Shown here: positions 1 to 9,428 of the stretch, one piece after another
Layout: the number at the start of each line of letters is the position of its first letter
How positions within the stretch are numbered: position 1 is the first letter of the stretch
NCBI GenBank assembly: GCA_964595645.1
Contig: CAZQQT010000008.1
Location: 32,001-96,000 of the forward strand
From: an uncultured Thermococci archaeon
GTDB taxonomy: Archaea; Methanobacteriota_B; Thermococci; Methanofastidiosales; B48-G16
Reading direction: 5' to 3'
DNA length: 64,000 nt
The notes under the pieces: model-generated
What the model was told of the DNA's origin: nothing
What the model saw: the letters and a program-made list of their open reading frames with translations, nothing else
The model's database searches: none
Made by a program: the position numbers and the translations under genes

Positions 1-879
1 TTCGTCCCCCAGTACGCAGATAGAGGAAAACTACTGCAGATGATGATGTACAATGCCAAGGTGATTCGTGTTGGGGAGATCGTCGATGATCTCGTGGAGC
101 CGGTACAGGAGGCGTGCAGACTCAACAATTTTTACGATGCCTCGGAGTATAATCCCTATGTGCTGGAGGGACAGAAGACGATTGCCTTCGAACTTTCTGA
201 AGAGGAACCTTTTGATAATATTGTAGTGCCGGTGGGGAATGGGGGCACTATCTTTTCGATCTATAGAGGGTTCTCTCAGCTGCTCTCTCATGGAATGATA
301 GATGAGATGCCACGGCTTCTCGGTGTCCAGCCGGAAAATTGCGCGCCGCTGACAGGTAGCACCAGCCCACTTAAAAAGACGGATGCACTTGCACTCTACG
401 TGAAAAAACCACTTTTCAGAGATTTGGCTACGAAGGCTGTTAAAGAGTCGCAAGGGAAGTTTCTGACTGTTTCAGAGGATGAAATGCATAGAGCACAGGA
501 TTTCATGGCAAAAAGAAGTATTTTCTGTGAACTGGCTTCTGCAGTGACCGTTGCAGCAGGAAAAAAGTACGAGCTTTCCAGTAACACACTCTGCCTTATT
601 ACAGGCAGTGGATTAAAATCATTCAATATCACACAGGACCGATTTGGCATTGCAAGTACAAAGGTAGAAATTTTACGTATTCTTGAAGAGAAAAGAAGTT
701 ATGGATACCAGATATGGAAGGATCTCAACAAGAAGATGAAAATTCAAGCAGTGTATCAGCACCTTCACAGTCTCGAAGAAAAGAACATGATATCCTCTGA
801 AAAGGAAGGGAGAAAGGTCTACTACTGCATTACAGAGAAAGGAAGAAGATTTTTGGAGGTTTATAAGGAAATTATTTAA
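1..879 (+). CDS. Threonine synthase-like PLP-dependent enzyme (5' partial) with C-terminal PadR-like winged HTH
   Basis: Frame is open from base 1 (FVPQYADRGKLLQMMMYNAKV). Motifs NPYVLEGQKTIAFE, VVPVGNGG and LITGSGLK. Tail EILRILEEKRSYGYQIW..VYQHLHSLEEKNMI..RKVYYCITEKGR is wHTH-like. Confidence 0.85.
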   Translation, partial: FVPQYADRGKLLQMMMYNAKVIRVGEIVDDLVEPVQEACRLNNFYDASEYNPYVLEGQKTIAFELSEEEPFDNIVVPVGNGGTIFSIYRGFSQLLSHGMIDEMPRLLGVQPENCAPLTGSTSPLKKTDALALYVKKPLFRDLATKAVKESQGKFLTVSEDEMHRAQDFMAKRSIFCELASAVTVAAGKKYELSSNTLCLITGSGLKSFNITQDRFGIASTKVEILRILEEKRSYGYQIWKDLNKKMKIQAVYQHLHSLEEKNMISSEKEGRKVYYCITEKGRRFLEVYKEII

Positions 880-1505
880 AAAAAAGGTGTGAATTTCCTT
901 TTTAATTTTGATTTTAGGATGGAGTAAGGATTTGTGAGGTTTCCCTCTGCCGTTGTGGTATCATTTTGTATTTCTTTGTAAAGATCCTCCTCGTACACGG
1001 TTACACAGTTTCCTACTTCGTCGATGATGTGCGCATCGGATCCGCCGGTAGGAGCAATGCCACACTCTTCAGCTGCTTTCTTCGCCTTACCATTTACGAA
1101 ATAGTTCCTCCCGTTCAATACTTCGATTCCATCAAAATTGAGCGTTTTTGTGAGGTCACCAACACCCCTCCTGAGGAAATCATACGGATGGGCAGCGACG
1201 GCCAATCCCCCCTGATCGTGGATACGTTCAATGGTTTCCTTAGCAGAAAGACCCCTTGGTATCTCATCACGGATAAAAAGTCCAAGAATATGTCCATCGC
1301 TAGAGGAGACTTCCATTCCTGATATGAGGGTAATATTTCTTTTTTCAGCAAACTCTTTCCCGTTGAAGAATCCATTTAATGTATCATGATCGGTGATAGC
1401 AACGGCGTCCAACCTGATCTTTATCGCGTACTTCAGTATATCCTCTGGAGAATTGACGCCGTCATGGAGCGAATAAAACGAGTGAATATGAAGGTCACAT
1501 TTCAT
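876..1505 (-). CDS. PHP-domain metal-dependent phosphoesterase
   Basis: DLHIHS, AITDHD, AHPY and GGSDAH motifs. Confidence 0.9.
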   Translation of the reverse strand: MKCDLHIHSFYSLHDGVNSPEDILKYAIKIRLDAVAITDHDTLNGFFNGKEFAEKRNITLISGMEVSSSDGHILGLFIRDEIPRGLSAKETIERIHDQGGLAVAAHPYDFLRRGVGDLTKTLNFDGIEVLNGRNYFVNGKAKKAAEECGIAPTGGSDAHIIDEVGNCVTVYEEDLYKEIQNDTTTAEGNLTNPYSILKSKLKRKFTPFF

Positions 1506-1720
1506 AGGATGTCATCTTTGGCCACGTTTAAAATGATTGTGTCCCCCACTTTCTTTACATACTCAGGTTCAATATCGATCTTTTTTTTCATCAGTCCTGG
1601 TCTCACCTGTAGAGCGACGATTCTTCCTTCCTCAAGATCAATTTTAATATCAACAACTTTTCCTACTTTGTTGGCGTTTATATCGAGTACATTTTTGCCT
1701 GTAATCTCAGAGACTTTCAT
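1502..1720 (-). CDS. PRC-barrel domain protein (possibly CdpB-like)
   Basis: SEITGKNVLD..GKVVDIKID...VKKVGDTIIL pattern; overlaps the PHP start codon. Confidence 0.85.
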   Translation of the reverse strand: MKVSEITGKNVLDINANKVGKVVDIKIDLEEGRIVALQVRPGLMKKKIDIEPEYVKKVGDTIILNVAKDDIL

Positions 1721-1754
1721 ACTTTCACATAGAAAAAGAGATTAATAAATCTTT

Positions 1755-2537
1755 TCATATCTTCTTTTCGAACACAACTCCACGTTCTGCCCAGTCTTCG
1801 TACTCAAATCCCCGTGCAGTGAGTACCGAGATTAACGTTTCATTTCGAGGTACCAATGCCCATAGTTTTGTGTGTCCCCGTTGCGAAGCGAGGGATTGTA
1901 GGGCATCGATGATTTTTTCTCCTTCAAAGTAGACAATTTGAAAATATTCTTCCTCCCACTCTACCTCCTCCACTACAGCATATCCCTCTTCCACTACATA
2001 ACCCTTATTTACTAATTCAGGTGATGCAGTGTAGAAGGTGAAGGAACGGGGGAGGAGATAGTTATTCTGCTTGAGAATCGTGGATTCTTGTAGGTTACTC
2101 CACACCTCACCTTTTTCTATGTCATGGAATTTTTTTCTACCACATTCATCGTCAATTTCTGTGTACATGAGCGTGTACCACGCCTTTTTCTTAAATCCCA
2201 TTCTTTTCACCTGACTACACGCTGCAGTGTTGTCTTCCGAGGTGAAGAGTCGTGCCTTCTTTGCGTTCGCTTCTTCAATGCATTTTTCAGTGAGTTGTGT
2301 TGCAATTCCTTCTCTTCTATGATCTTTGTCAACCCTCATTCCCCCAAGCCATGCCTCTCCGTCCGGTGAATATTTCACATAGTTCATACCGACAATTTCG
2401 TCTTTCACCGCGAGAAAAATGGTTCTCTTTTCAAACCATCCATCTATTACGTCAAGAATGTAATCTTCGGGATCATTCTTCTTTAAAAACTCTTTTATTG
2501 CTGAAGAATCTTCTTTTGTGGCACGGACAAAGTTCAT
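1755..2537 (-). CDS. GNAT family N-acetyltransferase
   Basis: Motif A RVDKDHRREGIAT; DNTAA..KRMGF. Confidence 0.8.
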   Translation of the reverse strand: MNFVRATKEDSSAIKEFLKKNDPEDYILDVIDGWFEKRTIFLAVKDEIVGMNYVKYSPDGEAWLGGMRVDKDHRREGIATQLTEKCIEEANAKKARLFTSEDNTAACSQVKRMGFKKKAWYTLMYTEIDDECGRKKFHDIEKGEVWSNLQESTILKQNNYLLPRSFTFYTASPELVNKGYVVEEGYAVVEEVEWEEEYFQIVYFEGEKIIDALQSLASQRGHTKLWALVPRNETLISVLTARGFEYEDWAERGVVFEKKI

Positions 2538-2621
2538 GTATACACTTCAGTCCTGAATATTTTAAAAGATTTCCTTTCTATTGCTCATCAATAATGTATA
2601 TCAATGGATATTAATGAAGAC

Positions 2622-2663
2622 CGAAAGCTTTATATAATCGCCCATCTATATTGATTATCAATA
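2622..2663 (+). promoter_or_regulatory. BRE/TATA promoter followed by a palindromic operator-like site
   Basis: cgaaagcTTTATATA, then TATTGAT-T-ATCAATA at 2649-2663 upstream of the YVTN gene. Confidence 0.45.
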
Positions 2664-2687
2664 ATATACATTATTTGGTGAAACTGC

Positions 2688-3989
2688 ATGAAATGTATGA
2701 GCTTATTTAAAAGAGGAATAGTGTTCCTGGTCATTTTTAGTCTTGTTTTTACCTTTGTTAATATAGAAAATCAATTTGTCAATGCGCAGTCTCAATCTCT
2801 ATACGTTGCTAATTCAGGCTCCGATACTGTCTCCGTTATCGATCCTTCTACGCAGACCGTCATAAAAACGATCCCACTTGCTCCCGGATCTTCTCCATGG
2901 GGCATTGCTGCAACACCCAATGGACGGAAGGTATATGTGGTGAACAGTGGAAACGGTACCGTATCTGTGATCGATGCAAGGAGCGGATCTGTGTACAAAA
3001 CGATCTTTCTGTCTAAAGATTCTTGGCCTAGCAATATCGCAATCACGCCGGATGGGACAAAGGCATTTGTTACGGATAATAACACCAATACCATCTTTGT
3101 GATCGATACCGCCACAGACAGTATTGTTCACTCCTTTATTATCCCTGGATCTCTCAGTGCATGGGATATTGCTATCTCTCCCGATGGCACTACTGTATAT
3201 GTTACCGATGATGGTGCGTCGGGTAACGTGTTTGCGATCGATACGTCCACATACGCACTCCTTGTTCCGCCTATTGCTACTGGTGGCACTGGTGCAGGAA
3301 TTACCGTTACACCCAACGGATCGAAAGTGTATACGGCAAGCCCTCTCGGAAATGGGTTTTCTATTAATACGACTACCTTTGCCGTGGCTCCCATCGTATG
3401 GCCAATACAGCCACCAGTCATAGGACCGTGGGATGTGGCGGTACACCCGAGCGGTGCCTTTGCATATTTCACCGATTCTTTTTTTGGAGGTGGGGGTACA
3501 ACTGTCCTCATTGTCGATACTACAGTAGATACTCAAACAGGGGTAATTTCCGTTCCTCCCGATCCGGTGAAGGTGGTGTTCTCGTCAAATGGTGCAAAGG
3601 CGTATGTCACACACCTCTCTGGCAGTGTCTCCGTGATAGATACAGCCACGCATGCGGTCATAGGAAATATCTCCTTGGGTTCCCAGTCTCAATCTATGGG
3701 AATGGCTTTTGCTCAGACTCCACGAGTACAACGAACGATCAACCCTGTTGCCGCTTTTAAGCCAGTAGTAGTATATCGATTAAGCCATCTTAATACGCAG
3801 TTGGCGTGTATTGAGGCGCATTTATCAGAAGAAGTACCGCAAAATATCCAGGATCTATTGGATGAGATGCAAACGCACATTGATACTGCAAACACGACGA
3901 ATAACACAATCTATGCGAACAACGAGCTGTTAAAGGCACTAGAACTCTCTGAGATCATTCAGGAAGAGATGGGCATTACCTGCTCCTAA
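2688..3989 (+). CDS. Secreted YVTN/YncE-type beta-propeller protein with conserved C-terminal helical domain
   Basis: Signal peptide; repeated YVANSGSDTVSVID / P.GIA.TPDG.K.YV blades; C-terminal domain shared with 21480..21941. Confidence 0.85.
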   Translation: MKCMSLFKRGIVFLVIFSLVFTFVNIENQFVNAQSQSLYVANSGSDTVSVIDPSTQTVIKTIPLAPGSSPWGIAATPNGRKVYVVNSGNGTVSVIDARSGSVYKTIFLSKDSWPSNIAITPDGTKAFVTDNNTNTIFVIDTATDSIVHSFIIPGSLSAWDIAISPDGTTVYVTDDGASGNVFAIDTSTYALLVPPIATGGTGAGITVTPNGSKVYTASPLGNGFSINTTTFAVAPIVWPIQPPVIGPWDVAVHPSGAFAYFTDSFFGGGGTTVLIVDTTVDTQTGVISVPPDPVKVVFSSNGAKAYVTHLSGSVSVIDTATHAVIGNISLGSQSQSMGMAFAQTPRVQRTINPVAAFKPVVVYRLSHLNTQLACIEAHLSEEVPQNIQDLLDEMQTHIDTANTTNNTIYANNELLKALELSEIIQEEMGITCS

Positions 3990-4057
3990 CCTCCTTAAAT
4001 AACCACATTTAAGAGTAATGCAAAGGAATAAAAAATCAAAAATATAGATATAAGTAT

Positions 4058-5707
4058 ATGAAAAAAGATGTTTTTACTTTTCTTGTTGGTGGCGAAGCAG
4101 GACATGGTGTTAAAAAAGCTGGAAAAACGGCTGCACAGCTTTTTACCAGCATGAAACGACATATTTTTGAAATGGATGACTATCAGAGCTTAATTAGAGG
4201 TGGTCACAATTTTTCTGTTGTCAGTACGTCCACAAGACCGATCACAAGCCATTATATGAATGTTGATCTTATCGTGGCACTTGACGAGAGGAGCTACGAG
4301 TTGCACAAGAATGAGGTCGTTGAAAATGGTGTTATCGTCTATAATAGTAGTGAAATGGATAAAAGAGAGGGTATTGGTGTTCCCTTCACAGATGAGGCGA
4401 AGAAGTACTCTCGACCCAATTTACGCCTTGGTGTGGGTGCCTTTGCTGTGCTTACTGCCGCACTCAACGTAGACGAGGAAAAACTCAGCGGGATCATTGA
4501 AGCTGAGTATCCCGATCCAGAAAACAACCGAGCCTATGCTGAGACTATCTACAATGAGGTCCATCCAGCAGTAGGAGATACATTTGCATTAGATGAAGGA
4601 GACAAACAACGTCCAATCCTCACGGGTAACCAGGCAATGGGATTGGGCGCTGGAGCCGCAGGACTAGACACGTACTTCGCCTATCCCATGACTCCTGCAT
4701 CTCCACTTCTCCATTACCTCGCTGCACATAAAGATGATCTAGGCATTGCCGTTGTCCATCCTGAGAATGAGATTGCCGTGATCAATATGGCGATTGGTGC
4801 AGCGTTTGCTGGGGCAAGAGCTATGGTCGGGACCAGTGGTGGAGGATTCGCACTGATGGAGGAGGCGTTCTCTCTTGCAGGCATGGCAGAGGTACCACTT
4901 CTCTGCGTACTCTCTTCACGACCCGGTCCTTCTACTGGTGTACCCACATACACTGAGCAGGGTGACTTACAGTTCGCACTTCACCAAGGACACGGTGATT
5001 TTCCACGTGTTGTTGCATCACCTGGCAGTGTAGAGGAAGCGTTCCATCTGACTGCGCAGATGCTGAGTATTGTCTGGCAGTTCCAGATTCCGGGTATCAT
5101 ACTTACAGAGAAACATCTGGCGGAGAGTGCAATGACTGTGGATATTGATGTGGGGGATGTTGCATGGGTTGAGCCACAGATGCATGAAGGAGGCAAGTAC
5201 ACACGATACCGTGATACAGAAACAGGAGTGTCCCCTCTGCTGTTCCCTCCTTCCAAAGAACTGATCAAATGGAACAGCTATGAACACGATGAATTAGGAA
5301 TCACCACTGAAAGCTCAGAACGTATTACACAGATGCATGAAAAACGGTGTAGAAAACGTGAGGCGCTCGTTGACCACATGGAGGACCTCCACACAGTGAA
5401 TGTATATGGTGAGAGGGGACCAACGATTTTCACGTACGGATCGAGCACGTTAAGTGTGCTGGAAGCTCTTCGCAAGAGCGATCTCGAGGCAACCATAGTT
5501 CAACCTATTTATCTAGAACCATTTCCTGTATGGGAGCTAGAAAAATATGAGAAAGAGGGAATCATTGTTGAACAGAGCTGTGCGGGACAGTTTGCATCGT
5601 TATTGAAAGAACGAGCAGAGATTATGCCAACTGCAGTAATCAGAAGGTACGATGGACGACCATTCAATCCTCCCGACCTCGCGAAAAACTTGCAAGAGGC
5701 GATGTGA
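4058..5707 (+). CDS. korA: 2-oxoacid:ferredoxin oxidoreductase alpha subunit (gamma-alpha fusion)
   Basis: GGEAGHG, YQSLIRGGHN, AYPMTPAS, ENEIA, TSGGGFALM, RPGPSTG. Confidence 0.92.
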   Translation: MKKDVFTFLVGGEAGHGVKKAGKTAAQLFTSMKRHIFEMDDYQSLIRGGHNFSVVSTSTRPITSHYMNVDLIVALDERSYELHKNEVVENGVIVYNSSEMDKREGIGVPFTDEAKKYSRPNLRLGVGAFAVLTAALNVDEEKLSGIIEAEYPDPENNRAYAETIYNEVHPAVGDTFALDEGDKQRPILTGNQAMGLGAGAAGLDTYFAYPMTPASPLLHYLAAHKDDLGIAVVHPENEIAVINMAIGAAFAGARAMVGTSGGGFALMEEAFSLAGMAEVPLLCVLSSRPGPSTGVPTYTEQGDLQFALHQGHGDFPRVVASPGSVEEAFHLTAQMLSIVWQFQIPGIILTEKHLAESAMTVDIDVGDVAWVEPQMHEGGKYTRYRDTETGVSPLLFPPSKELIKWNSYEHDELGITTESSERITQMHEKRCRKREALVDHMEDLHTVNVYGERGPTIFTYGSSTLSVLEALRKSDLEATIVQPIYLEPFPVWELEKYEKEGIIVEQSCAGQFASLLKERAEIMPTAVIRRYDGRPFNPPDLAKNLQEAM

Positions 5708-6544
5708 ATGAATGATCTCGGTACCTACGCAGAGAATACATGGTGTCCCGGCTGCGGCAACTTCGGTATCCTCAATGCATTTAAACGTGCGGTGAAAACA
5801 CTGGAGAAAGAAGGAATCGGAAGGGAAAAAATTGCTATCTCCACAGGTATTGGCTGTCACGGAAAGATCTTTGATTACCTCCATCTTAATGGGCTGTACT
5901 CTATTCATGGACGTTCAATGGCAACAGTCCAAGGAATGAAAATAGCAAATCCCGAGCTGCGCGTGATTGCTTTTGCTGGCGATGGCGATGCCTTTGGTGA
6001 AGGTATTGCACACCTCCTATTTGCAGCGAAGAGAAACGCTAATATCACAGTAATTGTCCATGACAATGGCGTCTACGGGCTCACTACAGGTCAATTTACA
6101 CCCACCAGTGAGAAGGGATTCAAAGGCCCCTCTACGCCCAAGGGAAGCATTGAAGAGCCGCTGAATCCACTGTCGCTCATGCTGGAGACGGGCGCTACTT
6201 TTGTGGCGAGGGGGTACCCTGGAAAGCTAGGCCATCTTGCCGATCTTATGACAGAGGCAGTACAGCACGAGGGATTCTCCTTTGTTGATGTACTTCAACC
6301 TTGTGTGACCTTCCATAACACCTACGAAAAATACAATGACCTGGTCGAGGTTTTAGATCGTACACCAGAAAGTTACGACGATGCCATGAAGGCTGCCAAA
6401 CGTGAGGACAGATTACCCATTGGGATATTGTATAAGAAGAAAAAGCCTGTCTTCCATCGAGAGCTGTACGGCGATTGGAACCCGGTGAAGAACAAACTCT
6501 TCAAGGAGGAAAGAAGGAAGAAAATTAAGGAGTTATTGAAATAA
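5708..6544 (+). CDS. korB: 2-oxoacid:ferredoxin oxidoreductase beta subunit
   Basis: WCPGCGNF, TGIGC, TPP-binding GDGD..N, QPCVTF. Confidence 0.92.
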   Translation: MNDLGTYAENTWCPGCGNFGILNAFKRAVKTLEKEGIGREKIAISTGIGCHGKIFDYLHLNGLYSIHGRSMATVQGMKIANPELRVIAFAGDGDAFGEGIAHLLFAAKRNANITVIVHDNGVYGLTTGQFTPTSEKGFKGPSTPKGSIEEPLNPLSLMLETGATFVARGYPGKLGHLADLMTEAVQHEGFSFVDVLQPCVTFHNTYEKYNDLVEVLDRTPESYDDAMKAAKREDRLPIGILYKKKKPVFHRELYGDWNPVKNKLFKEERRKKIKELLK

Positions 6545-6555
6545 GGCGGATACGG

Positions 6556-7113
6556 ATGAGTGTAAAGGATGTGATAAAGAAGAGACGGGCGTATCGCTCC
6601 CTCGAACGTACAAAAATAACAGAGGAAATAATACGAGATTTAGCAGAATGTGCACAGCTGGTGTCTTTATGTTTTAACAACCAACCGTGACGGTTCGTGT
6701 TTGTCTGCAATGACAAAAAATTAAGAGAACTTCACGAAGCATTTTCACAGGGCGATGAGTGGGCGCAAAAAGCATCAATGATTATTGCAGTGTACAGTAT
6801 GAAGGAGTACGATTGTAACATTCGAGATAGAGCGTATTATCTCTTCGATACGGGTATGGCCATTGTATTTATACTATTGAGAGCCACTGAACTTGGACTT
6901 GCTGCTCATCCCATTGCAGGGTACAGCCCGAAGAAGGTAAAAAGGATTCTGGGTATCCCGGAGGATAGGAAGGTCATTACATTAGTAATCGGGGGGAACA
7001 GATCAAAAGAGATAAGTTCGGTGCTTTCCGAGAAGCAAAGAGAGGCAGAGCAAGTACGTCCGCTACGGAAGGAGATCAACGAGTTCATCCATATTGATGA
7101 GTACAAAAAATAA
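6556..7113 (+). pseudogene. Nitroreductase family gene with in-frame TGA at 6688-6690
   Basis: ATG 6556 reads MSVKDVIKKRRAYRS..CFNNQP*RFVFV in frame with ORF 6697..7113 (FDTGMA..LRATELGL); the stop replaces the conserved Trp of QPW. Confidence 0.8.
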
Positions 7114-7158
7114 TATTTCACGTAAAATTTAAATATTCTTATTACTAGAGACATGTGT

Positions 7159-7686
7159 ATGGTTGAAATAATTGAAAAATTAAAAGACATGGATTTGAAA
7201 GAGATCCTGGGCTATGCAATTGGGTCTGAAGAGGCAGCCAACAAATATTACACTGATCTTGCACAAACGATCTCACCTGAGTTAGCAGCTATAAAATTTG
7301 AAAATCTTGCTAAAGAAGAAAAAACGCACAAAAAAGCTCTTCTCAATGTTTTTAAAAAGCATTTTGGCAATGAGGCGTATAAAGTACCCAAAGGACTCCC
7401 TCCTTTGGAGAGCTCAGCGAATGCTGATGATGTGCGAACTCTCATTCAAGCACTCGAAACTGCAATGAAAAATGAGCAAAATGCGCACAGAGTATATACT
7501 CACCTTGCCCTACAGGATAAGGAACATGAAGGTCTTTTCAAGTACCTTGCGGATATGGAGATGGGTCATTACGATGTGCTGCGGAGAGAAAAAGATTCCT
7601 ATGAAGGGCACGTGATCACGGACTCCAAAAGAGGAGAGAGACTTCCCAAGGATCTTTGGGCAGAATTGTTCAAATTTCAGTACTAA
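7159..7686 (+). CDS. Ferritin-like/rubrerythrin-family di-iron protein, copy 1
   Basis: E..A...Y, EEKTH, E.NA and EMGH di-iron ligands; alternative start at 7153. Confidence 0.85.
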   Translation: MVEIIEKLKDMDLKEILGYAIGSEEAANKYYTDLAQTISPELAAIKFENLAKEEKTHKKALLNVFKKHFGNEAYKVPKGLPPLESSANADDVRTLIQALETAMKNEQNAHRVYTHLALQDKEHEGLFKYLADMEMGHYDVLRREKDSYEGHVITDSKRGERLPKDLWAELFKFQY

Positions 7687-8071
7687 TAGTGCGAAAATAG
7701 ACCCTATACACCTATAATTTTCCTCTTTTTTTATAAATTCTATTTTAGTTTGAGAGATCCGTTCTTATTCTCCCACTCTTTCACAAGGAATATATAGTCC
7801 TTTCAAAGGATACTCTGGAGCATCAATTGTATCTCATGGGGGAGAATCAAAGGATTAGAAACGTATCCGAAAAATAAGAGTCAGTGATTCATTACGAAAA
7901 TGAGAGTTTCTACGATCAAAAAAGAGTACTTTATGTGCATGCACTATAAAAAATGACAAGATTTAAATATACGCAAAGAGAAGAGAATAATATGATAGAA
8001 ATTGTCGAAAAATTAAAAGACATGGATCTGAAAGAGATCCTGGGCTATGCAATTGGGTCTGAAGAGGCAGC
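7174..8071 (+). repeat. 65-bp near-identical direct repeat (7174-7238 and 8007-8071)
   Basis: gaaaaattaaaagacatggat(t/c)tgaaagagatcctgggctatgcaattgggtctgaagaggcagc, 64/65 identical. Confidence 0.9.
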
Positions 8072-8516
8072 GAAAGAGTACTACACCAGTCTTGCGGAAC
8101 GGATTGCACATGAACTCGCTGCCACCAAGTTCAAAAATATCGCAAGAGAGGAGGAAACTCATAAAAAAGTCCTTCTGAGTCTGTACAAAAAACGTGTAGG
8201 CAATGAAAAATACACAGTGCCGAGTAATCTTCCTCCGTTGGAGGGATCAGTGGATGTTGATAATGTAACGAGCCTAATTCATGCACTGGAAATTGCAATG
8301 CAAAACGAATATAGAGCGTATCGAGTATATCAGTATCTCTCAGATACTCAAAAGGAATATAAGGATATGTTTACCTATCTTGCCAATGCGGAGAAAGGCC
8401 ATCATGAGATTCTCAATCTGGAAAAGGAGTCGTACGAAAGACCGGTGATGGGGGATCCATCTCTCCTCCATGAAAAACCCGATGAGGTCTGGAAAACGTT
8501 TATACTTCCATGGTAA
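7992..8516 (+). CDS. Ferritin-like/rubrerythrin-family di-iron protein, copy 2
   Basis: Paralog of the previous gene; EEETH and EKGH; ATG 7992 aligns with the copy 1 start. Confidence 0.85.
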   Translation: MIEIVEKLKDMDLKEILGYAIGSEEAAKEYYTSLAERIAHELAATKFKNIAREEETHKKVLLSLYKKRVGNEKYTVPSNLPPLEGSVDVDNVTSLIHALEIAMQNEYRAYRVYQYLSDTQKEYKDMFTYLANAEKGHHEILNLEKESYERPVMGDPSLLHEKPDEVWKTFILPW

Positions 8517-8526
8517 CAGCATGTTG

Positions 8527-9396
8527 TTACACTACCACGAATTTTCCTTCTTCCTTTTTAATAAGTCCTTCTTTCTCTAAATCTACGAGGTTTTTTGTTA
8601 TCCTGCTGGGATCTTTCTTGGCGCTCTGTGCTATCTTATGGGGTGTACATGGCTGTTTCAGGAGCATGTCCAGGATTATTCCCCGAATTTCTCTATCAGA
8701 TCCCTTAAATGGAGCTTGTTTCCGATACTGTGCACTCTTTTTGTGTAACTGAGCATGTCTTTTTTTCAGAACAACACCATAATCCATGAGTGCATAGTAC
8801 CACTCTCTCGGCTGTGATCTATCGAGCGTTTTTTTTACCAGTGGATATATCTCGTTATCCTTCACCTGCTCTTTCTGTGGAAAAAAGAAGTATATGAAGA
8901 CCGTGCGAATATTCGTCTCGATAAATACCAGTGGAATGTTGAAAGCAAAGGTCACGACGGCAGAGGCGGTATACTTGCCTATACCTGGGAATGTGATGAG
9001 GGTATCAGGGTCTGATGGAACGTCGCCGTGAAACTCTTCTACTATTCGCTCTGCAGTTTTTTTCAGTGCCATCGCACGCCTATTGTATCCTAGTCCCTTC
9101 CACATTGCAAGTACTTTACGGAAGGGCGCCTCTGCCAATGAACCGATCGTCGGGAATTCGTTGAGAAATGCATTGTATTTTTTGACTACCCGATCTGTCT
9201 GTGTCTGCTGGAGCATCACTTCCGAGACGAGAATATGGTAGGGATTGCAGGTCTCTCTCCACGGGAATTCTCGTTTGTGAACATTATAAAAATTGTAGAC
9301 GATTTGTTGAAATAAAGCGAGTGTTCTTTCTGTTACCCCATTTTTTATCTCCTGCTGAAACTCGGTGATGAGATCGATCCCTGTTTTCTCTTTCAT
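8527..9396 (-). CDS. mutY: A/G-specific adenine glycosylase (MutY-like HhH-GPD, no Fe-S motif)
   Basis: PWRET.NPYHILVSEVMLQQTQ, WKGLGYNRRA, PGIGKYTA; likely start M24 of the listed ORF. Confidence 0.85.
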   Translation of the reverse strand: MKEKTGIDLITEFQQEIKNGVTERTLALFQQIVYNFYNVHKREFPWRETCNPYHILVSEVMLQQTQTDRVVKKYNAFLNEFPTIGSLAEAPFRKVLAMWKGLGYNRRAMALKKTAERIVEEFHGDVPSDPDTLITFPGIGKYTASAVVTFAFNIPLVFIETNIRTVFIYFFFPQKEQVKDNEIYPLVKKTLDRSQPREWYYALMDYGVVLKKRHAQLHKKSAQYRKQAPFKGSDREIRGIILDMLLKQPCTPHKIAQSAKKDPSRITKNLVDLEKEGLIKKEEGKFVVV

Positions 9397-9428
9397 GATG
9401 TCCTTCTTAAATAAAAAAAGAAAAGTTT

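Noticed and set aside
2792-3760. Long antisense and alternate-frame ORFs (also 23019..23699, 17766..18254, 48148..48714, 57229..57759)
   Set aside because: Shadows of well-supported genes with no recognisable motifs.
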